Source: Cyanobacteria bacterium P01_A01_bin.123 (GTDB lineage Bacteria; Cyanobacteriota; Cyanobacteriia; Phormidesmidales; Phormidesmidaceae). Taken from it: a stretch of 10,956 bases of DNA. The stretch spans positions 1 to 10,956 of the forward strand of contig JBCBZT010000105.1 in NCBI GenBank assembly GCA_039815185.1, read 5' to 3'. The notes beneath the pieces are model-generated. The model made no database searches. It saw only the letters and a program-made list of their open reading frames with translations, and was not told where the DNA came from. Positions 1 through 5,775 of the stretch are shown in pieces; the stretch's first letter is position 1; every line of letters begins with the position of its first letter. The translations under genes were made by a program, and so were the position numbers.

Positions 1-135
1 CCCTCCCTCGCGGGAACGCCCTTGCCTTAAGCTAGTCGTTGTTGTCTCTCGGCTCCTATGATTTTCGAGCATTTGGACACTGGTTCTCCGACAGGGGACT
101 TGCACCCCATTAGTTCACGCCCGTGCCGGGCGTAC
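1..135 (-). mobile_element. 5' end (part of domain I) of a group II intron, IIC-like; continues beyond the left edge of the window
   Basis: The minus strand from 135 reads GTACGCCCGGCACGGGCGTGAACTAATGGGGTGCAAGTCCCC...AACGACTAGCTTAAGGCAAGGGCGTTCCCGCGAGGGAGGG. This parallels the group IIC 5' region as I recall it (GTGYGCCCGGCATGGG...GGGTGAGAGTCCC...AGCCTAACGCAAGGGTGT...GCGA loop). Hairpins: GGGG-TGCAAGT-CCCC (94-108) and TCCC-GCGA-GGGA (4-15). Similarity to TPR-CHAT proteins stops at this point. The boundary could be 137 (GTGTACG) instead of 135. Confidence 0.85.
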
Positions 136-1757
136 ACAAAGGCCCGGGCCCGACCCCGCTCGGCGACGACCAACGCTTCGTCAGGACGATTTTGAGCGAC
201 TAAAATCTGCTGCAATAGGCCGTAGAGGTTACGTTGGGTATCAAATAGTGCAACTTTGAGCGTGTCGCGATCGCCCAAGTTGGCTCGAATCGACTCAAGG
301 ACTTCAATCCCTTGCTGCAGATAAGCCTCGGCGGCAAGTAAATCGCCTTGGAGCAGTGTTGCTATCCCTAGTGCTGCCAAAGCATTGCCTTCGCCATAGC
401 GTTCTTCATCCGCTCGGGAAATATTGAGGCGTTGCTGAAAGGCCGCGATCGCCCGGTCATAGTCACCCAATCGCAGGTAGTTGACACCGATACCTTCTAG
501 GGCAGACCCTTCGTTATAGCGACTGCCAAGGGCTCGATAGAGGGCCAAACTTTGTTCTTGCTGGGCCAACGCAGTGCGATAGTCGCCTTGGCGGGTATGA
601 TACGCCGATAAGCCAATTAGGGCATTGGCTTGACCGTTACGATCCCCCGTTGATTGGGTCATGGCTAGTGCCTCTGCATAAGCAGCCCGCCCGCCCTCTT
701 CATCGTTTAAGGAGTACAGCGCTCCTCCCAAACTTTTGAGCACCTGACCGATGCGATCGCGATCGTCAATCCGCCGCGCGATCGCTAAACTTTGCTGATG
801 GTAATCCACTGCTCGGCGATAGTCCCCAACGAAAATATAAACCTCGCCCAGGGGATACAGCAGTTGGGCTTCATTCGCCGGGGATTGGCCATCCTGTCGC
901 GCAATCGCCAGACTTTGCTGGTAATAATCAATGGCTGGGGCATATTCGTTCAGCCAGTAGTGGTTGAAGCCGATGTTATACAGGGCGCTCCCCTGCCATT
1001 CTGAATCGTCCAAGGCTTGCGCAATCGCCAGGCTAGCCTGATGACGCTCAATGGCTTGGCGATAGTCTCCCAAAATATGCGAGGTATTTCCCATCGAGCT
1101 GAGGATAAAGACTTGCTGGCGTAAATCGTCAGCCCCTTCTGCCATCATTAGCGCTTGCTCATAGTGCATCAGGGCTGTGGTGTAGTCCCTTTGCCAATAG
1201 GCAGTGAATCCGAGGCGGGTCAACACTTCTGCGATCACCACTGGATTGGCTTGGGATTGGGCGATCGCCAGACTGGCTTCAAACGCGGCGATTGCCTCCT
1301 CAAAATCCTCTCGATTGCTGTAACCGACCCCTAACCAGTAGAGCCCTTCTTGTTCAGCTTCAGGGTCGGCGATCGATTGGGCAATCTCAACGCTGTGTTG
1401 AAATGCCGCGATCGCTTGATCCCAATTTTCCAATCGCGTCTCAGCAAACCCAATATGCCTCCACCCGTTCAGCACAGCAGTAAAATCGCCAAGCTGCTCA
1501 TAAATCGCGATCGCCTGCTGCCAAGCTTCCACTGCCAGTGCGAACTGATCCTGCTGAAAGGCAGCATTCCCTTCCAAAACTAGCTGGTTAGCCCTTTGTG
1601 AATTATCTTCTGGGGTCTGGGCCAACGCTAAATAGAAACTGTTGTTGCCTTCAATGAACCACAGCAGCGGTGAGCAGATTGAACTGACGAACGCGATCGC
1701 CAATACACCCACCAGCTTTAGCATTCTCCACCCCAATAATGATTGATTGCGCTCCAT
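136..1757 (-). CDS. TPR-repeat protein, N-terminal part (5' exon) of a probable TPR-CHAT caspase-like protease, interrupted by the intron
   Basis: Roughly 11 TPR-like repeats (e.g. ALYNIGFNHYWLNEYAPAIDYYQQSLAIAR, ALEGIGVNYLRLGDYDRAIAAFQQRLNISR). They are followed by GIEVLESIRANLG..LFDTQ..Y..LQQILVAQNRPDEALVVAERGRARAFV, the usual linker before a CHAT domain in cyanobacteria. The N-terminus is hydrophobic and signal-like, ending ALAQ. AGGAGG lies 9 nt upstream of the ATG at 1757, preferred over TTG 1778. The last 35 aa of the track ORF (to the stop at 27-29) are intron-derived. The CHAT domain itself is not in the window. Confidence 0.85.
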
Positions 1758-1903
1758 TACCGTTAGCCTCCTAATCAAGCCTGACAGTTAGAAGCCAGAA
1801 GCCAGTTGAGCATTTTTTCAGTCCCTTGCTTGAGCGACCCTTCATGGTTTTACGACGACAAAGGGTGAGGCTGTAAGTCCCCTGGGTGAAGACATCTGTA
1901 GTC

Positions 1904-1931
1904 TAAAATCGTAAATCCAAAACCCAAAATC
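1904..1931 (+). repeat. Degenerate heptamer short tandem repeat (STRR-like)
   Basis: taaaatc gtaaatc caaaacc caaaatc; also agaagcc x2 at 1790-1803. Typical of filamentous cyanobacterial intergenic DNA. Confidence 0.6.
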
Positions 1932-1999
1932 GATAGTTGCCAAGCCCGATCAATCGGCACACAGACAAAAGACTTATGACACCTAACGCCTGACCCAAT

Positions 2000-2097
2000 C
2001 TGAGAAACCGCTGAGAATTCTTAGACGCGCCACTCAGCAACCTCTTACCTTGCTCTCATTTATTCGTCAGGAAATGCTCAGATAGAAACAGCATAAT
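2000..2097 (+). promoter_or_regulatory. Putative promoter of the 2162 gene with 11-bp-phased direct repeats (OmpR/PhoB-type boxes)
   Basis: CTGAGAA at 2000 and 2011. Opposite-orientation half-sites actcag/tcttac/tctcat/cgtcag/gctcag start at 2032, 2043, 2054, 2065 and 2076, an exact 11-bp period. Candidate -10 CATAAT at 2092-2097. Confidence 0.5.
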
Positions 2098-2161
2098 TGT
2101 ATTTAAGGATACAAAAAGCCCAAATCTCGACCATCAGTCAAGATTTATAAGGAGTTGAATT

Positions 2162-2503
2162 ATGAAACGCATTGCCCTCTCTTTACTCACTGCTGCGATT
2201 GCTGCCGCAACCATTACACCAATCGCCTACGCTTCACCCAACTTCGATCAACTACGTCGGGACAATCTAGATAAAGGCCAATCCAACCTAGAGACGCTCC
2301 AAGCAGAGCATCTGCAAAAGGAGGAAACCAAGTTAGACCGGCTACGCCGAGAAAACCTAGATAAAGACCAAAACAACCTAGATACCATCCGCGATGAAAA
2401 CCTGACAAAGGAAGAAACCAAGTTAGATCGGCTACGCCGAGAAAACCTAGATAAAGACCAAAACAACCTAGATCAGGTTCGCGGCGACATCTTAGATCGT
2501 TAG
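2162..2503 (+). CDS. Small exported protein of unknown function built from six 15-aa repeats
   Basis: AAGGAG RBS just upstream; Sec-type signal MKRIALSLLTAAIAAATITPIAYA (AxA site). Repeats: FDQLRRDNLDKGQSN / LETLQAEHLQKEETK / LDRLRRENLDKDQNN / LDTIRDENLTKEETK / LDRLRRENLDKDQNN / LDQVRGDILDR. Followed by a terminator. Confidence 0.85.
   Translation: MKRIALSLLTAAIAAATITPIAYASPNFDQLRRDNLDKGQSNLETLQAEHLQKEETKLDRLRRENLDKDQNNLDTIRDENLTKEETKLDRLRRENLDKDQNNLDQVRGDILDR
2317..2473 (+). repeat. Intragenic direct repeat with a 90-nt period (2317-2383 vs 2407-2473)
   Basis: The 67-nt copies differ at only 2 positions (2323/2413 GAG/GAA; 2338/2428 GAC/GAT), both synonymous in the + frame of the 2162 gene. 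Confidence 0.95.
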
Positions 2504-2543
2504 GATTCAATATTCGACCGATACCACACCCCGTGAAATTAAT

Positions 2544-2574
2544 AGCCTCCTAAGATTAACTTAGGAGGTTTTTT
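2544..2574 (+). terminator. Rho-independent terminator between convergent genes
   Basis: CCTCCTAAG (2546-2554), 5-nt loop, CTTAGGAGG (2560-2568), then TTTTTT. Confidence 0.85.
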
Positions 2575-2586
2575 GATCAGCACCGT

Positions 2587-2802
2587 CTACAGAGAAGCCC
2601 CAATCGGATACCCAAACAAGCTGTCGAGATAGATGCGACTGACCTGGGGGGTTTGTGAGCCATTCTGCATCAAAAATAGCGACAGGGCCGCACAAAATAG
2701 CCGATCTTGCCCCCAGGTGTTATGAGTCTCCAAATAGTTTGCCAACGAACCATGCAACTCTTCTGGAATCTCAACCGTCAAACTCACCATCGGCTTCATC
2801 AT
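2587..2802 (-). CDS. DUF2811 family small cyanobacterial protein
   Basis: VSLTVEIPEELHGSLANYLETHNTWGQDRLFCAALSLFLMQNG...SRIYLDSLF fits the DUF2811 pattern (EIPExLH..L..YL..HP.WDQ.R.F.AALS.FL.QNG). GAAGGAG RBS upstream of the ATG at 2802, preferred over the track start at 2835. Confidence 0.85.
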   Translation of the reverse strand: MMKPMVSLTVEIPEELHGSLANYLETHNTWGQDRLFCAALSLFLMQNGSQTPQVSRIYLDSLFGYPIGASL

Positions 2803-3002
2803 ATCGACTCCTTCCACAAAAAATTGAGACAACAAAACCAGCTCCTGCTGGCCGTTCTAGGCTTCATGAGCCATCCAGGTGCTTAAGTCAGTGGTGCTTA
2901 TTGTGGGCTAAGGTTCCAGAAAATGCAATGTTGCAAAACATTGAGAATCTCTTCCGACAAACTTCTGATTTACGAGTGAATGCCCCTTACAGCCCCTTTT
3001 TC

Positions 3003-3020
3003 TTTACGTTACTTTACAAA
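3003..3020 (+). promoter_or_regulatory. HLR1-like (RpaB-binding) direct repeat
   Basis: TTTACGTT-AC-TTTACAAA vs consensus (G/T)TTACA(T/A)(T/A)-N2-(G/T)TTACA(T/A)(T/A): one mismatch over 16 specified positions. Confidence 0.55.
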
Positions 3021-3057
3021 GAACTCGTGGGGATCGCAACTCGCAAAAACAACAGAG

Positions 3058-3152
3058 AAATCCACAGAATCGATAAAAACGACCAAATGTCGTTCAAAGC
3101 TGTGGAAAAGTTGCCCGAACCTGGGGATAACCTGGGGAAAGGTAGGGGAAAA
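3058..3152. promoter_or_regulatory. Cluster of DnaA-box-like 9-mers
   Basis: Minus strand: TTTTCCACA (3101-3109, cyanobacterial consensus), TTATCCCCA (3122-3130), CTTTCCCCA (3133-3141), TTTTCCCCT (3144-3152). Plus strand: AAATCCACA (3058-3066). Confidence 0.55.
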
Positions 3153-3789
3153 AGCAGTCCGTTAGCTTAAGAATCATTAAGTTGGCATTAGGGCTAATTT
3201 TTTGTGCAGATACTCATCTGAAGATCGGGCTTTCAGGATCATACTGATTGGTCAAACCGACCTCTGGGAGAGCAATCTGGCTGCCCAGCAGTTCGCAAAT
3301 AGTTTTGATGGCGTCGATCTAGAGCTGGAAGTGCGTAGTTATTTGAGACTGCTTCTGGGCGGCATATGTAACAAACAGTCACGAAAAATAAAGAGGACGA
3401 AATAATTTCAGGCTTATCATTTGGGAGGGGCAAGGTGCTGGGAATCAAGGCTGCGATCGCTCAAGACTGGCCCTGGAAAAATCTGCCCTAACAGACAATT
3501 TTATTGATTGGCTAAAACCTTTCGGAATCGACACCTATGGCCTTGAGGTTATAGCTACATCGACTTAAGGCCACGGGTGTGGATTGCCCTTATCCCGATC
3601 TAGAAATATAGGGTTTTCTTTAGTTTTCCCTAGGAAAAGCACCCGGTTTTGCCTTGAACTGAAGCGATCGCTGAAATAGCTGTTGCTAAGCGGATCAACT
3701 CCGTCCTGCCGCTAAAGAGTCGTGCTAAAAATTTAGAACTACAGAAATAAAATATAGTCCCACCTATTCCCTCTAAGTCCTTACTCGCT

Positions 3790-4758
3790 ATGTTTAAGAA
3801 GTTCAAACTCAGACAAAAGTTTACGATTTCCCTAGTTCTAATTTTGTTACTGGGGGTTGCCCTCAGCGGTATTACGTTATCGACTGCGCTCAGACGCAAC
3901 GCTCAAAGGGAAGTCGCCTCAACCGCTTTGATCTTGATGGAGACCATGAACTCGGTTCGAGAATACACCAATTCCCAGGTCAAACCCGAATTAGCCGATA
4001 AGCTCGAAACGCAGTTTCTGCCTGAAACCATACCCGCTTATTCAGCTCGAGAAGTGTTTGAACACCTACGCACCAGTTCAAACTACGGCGACTTCTTTTA
4101 TAAGGAAGCGACCCTGAACCCCACTAACCTGCGAGACAAAGCCGATGAATTTGAAGCTGGGATTGTCGAGCAGTTCAAAACAAATTCCAATCGCTCTGAG
4201 ATGGATGGCTATCGGACTGCCCAGGGACGCCGAATTTTTTACATTGCCCGTCCGATTCAAATCAAGAACCCTGCCTGTTTAGAGTGCCACAGCACCCCTG
4301 AAAGAGCTCCGGCTAGCATGATCGACTACTACGGCCCAAACAATGGGTTTGGCTGGTCAGAGGGTGAAATCGTGGGGGCACAAATCATTTCTGTTCCGGC
4401 TAGCACCGTGATTGCTAAGGCCAATCGGGCTACGTTCTTGCTATTGGGTATTGTGACCGGCATTTTTGCGTTGATCATTCTTTTGATTAACTATTTGCTG
4501 AGCCAACAGGTGGTTAAACCGATTAAGCGCATGGCTAAGGTTGCCGAAGAAGTCAGCCGGGGCAACATGGGAGTTGAGTTTAAACAAGATACCCAAGATG
4601 AGATGGGCACGCTGGCCCAAGCTTTTACCCGCATGCAGCGCAGCTTAATGATGGCAATGGATCGGATTGGCCGCAACTCTGGCCGTAACAGCGGCGGTAA
4701 CAGTAGCAGCAGTAATGCCCCTAGATCTTCCCAGGGCAAGACCGGAGATTACAACTAA
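3790..4758 (+). CDS. DUF3365 (Tll0287-like) c-type heme domain + HAMP membrane protein
   Basis: TM1 (ISLVLILLLGVALSGI); periplasmic domain with PAYSAREVF, YKEATLNPTNLRDKAD.FE, FYIARP, CLECH heme motif and GEIVGAQIISVP; TM2; HAMP (VVKPIKRMAKVAEEVSRGNM...DEMGTLAQAFTRM); short Gly/Ser/Asn tail. Confidence 0.9.
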   Translation: MFKKFKLRQKFTISLVLILLLGVALSGITLSTALRRNAQREVASTALILMETMNSVREYTNSQVKPELADKLETQFLPETIPAYSAREVFEHLRTSSNYGDFFYKEATLNPTNLRDKADEFEAGIVEQFKTNSNRSEMDGYRTAQGRRIFYIARPIQIKNPACLECHSTPERAPASMIDYYGPNNGFGWSEGEIVGAQIISVPASTVIAKANRATFLLLGIVTGIFALIILLINYLLSQQVVKPIKRMAKVAEEVSRGNMGVEFKQDTQDEMGTLAQAFTRMQRSLMMAMDRIGRNSGRNSGGNSSSSNAPRSSQGKTGDYN

Positions 4759-4778
4759 ACCCCATCCGAGTTGACCTC

Positions 4779-5771
4779 TCAAACATCGACTTCGCCTTCA
4801 AACAGCGTTTTAAGCGGTTGGGCGTCAATCGTGTGGTGCTCTCGCAAATAACGAGACAACACTTCATTTTGTCCATGGGTTACGTACACCTTGCTTGCCC
4901 CAGTTTGCACAATGGTGTTGATTAATCCATGCCAATCGGCATGGTCAGATAATACAAATCCACGTTCATAGCCCCGGCGACGCCTTGCACCGCGCACTGC
5001 CATCCAGCCTGAAGCAAAGGCAGTTTGGGGATGTTTGAAGCGTTTCATCCAGCTAGCGCGATGGCCGGAGGGGGGTGACAAAATTAGGTCACCCGTGTAC
5101 TTATGGTCGCGAGGCACTTCAGAGGTCGCAAGCGTCTCTATCATAGGGATACCCTGAGCCCGGTACACCTCGTTAAGGTTTTGAATTGCGCCATGGACAT
5201 ACACTGGGCGGTCGGTAAATTGAGTCAGCTCGCTCAAGACTCGCTGGGCTTTACCAAAAGCGTAGCAAAACAAAATTGAAGGGCGGCTGGTGTCACTTTG
5301 CCACCAGTCGTAGATGCGGTGAGCAATGTCGTGACCACTGTCCCAGTTGTAGATGGGTAGGGCGAATGTCGCTTCGGTGATAAACGTATCGCAAGGCAAA
5401 ACTTCAAAGGTCTCGCAGGTGGGATCTTTGCCCCGCTTATAGTCACCAGAGACCACCCAGACCTCGCCTTTGTGTTCGACTCGAATTTGAGCTGAGCCTA
5501 GCACATGCCCCGCTGGATGAAAGGATACCCAGGTCTCTCCTAACTTGAGTTTTTCGCCATAGGTGATTCTTTGTAAGTGGATGTCTTGACCCAGGCGTTT
5601 GGTCAACACCCCCTCAGACGAGGCTGTCGCAATGTAATGGGCCGAACCTGACCGAGCATGATCAGAATGGGCGTGCGTGATCAGCGCCGTATCGACCCCG
5701 CGCCAAGGGTCGATGTAGAAGTTCCCGGCTTCGCAGTAGAGTCCTTCGGGACGGACGGTGATTAGGGACAT
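4779..5771 (-). CDS. Ligase-associated DNA damage response exonuclease (metallo-beta-lactamase/beta-CASP)
   Basis: GLYC..G.FYIDPW, ITHAHSDH, AGHVLGSAQ, SGDYK, FITEATFALP.Y.W, YAFGKAQR, ASGWMAVRG..RRR, LSDHADW and VTHG, the characteristic motif series of this family. Confidence 0.92.
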   Translation of the reverse strand: MSLITVRPEGLYCEAGNFYIDPWRGVDTALITHAHSDHARSGSAHYIATASSEGVLTKRLGQDIHLQRITYGEKLKLGETWVSFHPAGHVLGSAQIRVEHKGEVWVVSGDYKRGKDPTCETFEVLPCDTFITEATFALPIYNWDSGHDIAHRIYDWWQSDTSRPSILFCYAFGKAQRVLSELTQFTDRPVYVHGAIQNLNEVYRAQGIPMIETLATSEVPRDHKYTGDLILSPPSGHRASWMKRFKHPQTAFASGWMAVRGARRRRGYERGFVLSDHADWHGLINTIVQTGASKVYVTHGQNEVLSRYLREHHTIDAQPLKTLFEGEVDV

Positions 5772-5775
5772 GGGG

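Noticed and set aside
27..135. C-terminal 35 aa of the 583-aa ORF as genuine protein sequence
   Set aside because: It is read-through into intron domain I; family similarity ends at AFV.
2317..2473. Direct repeats as a mini CRISPR array
   Set aside because: Only two 67-nt copies with a 90-nt in-frame period and synonymous differences; no cas genes. It is a coding repeat.
2214..2510. Minus-strand ORFs 2214-2510 and 2248-2466
   Set aside because: Antisense shadows of the repeat gene, which has the RBS, signal peptide and terminator on the plus strand.
3166..3192. TTAAG repeats as a Pho (SphR) box
   Set aside because: Spacing is 10 then 11 bp and the half-sites fit PyTTAAPyPy(T/A) poorly.
3058..3200. 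oriC call
   Set aside because: No dnaA or dnaN nearby, only one perfect box and no clear unwinding element; reported only as a box cluster.
2655..3448. ORFs 2655-3170, 2980-3165, 3202-3405 and 3239-3448
   Set aside because: They have non-ATG track starts and no recognisable motifs, and the first two overlap DUF2811 antisense or the regulatory boxes. A small protein from ATG 2928 cannot be strictly excluded.
3630..3899. Minus-strand 89-aa ORF and the other short antisense or nested ORFs (792-1583, 4078-4739, 5234-5987, 7151-7741, 8212-8481, 10110-10696)
   Set aside because: They overlap well-supported genes on the opposite strand or in another frame and show no independent coding signal.
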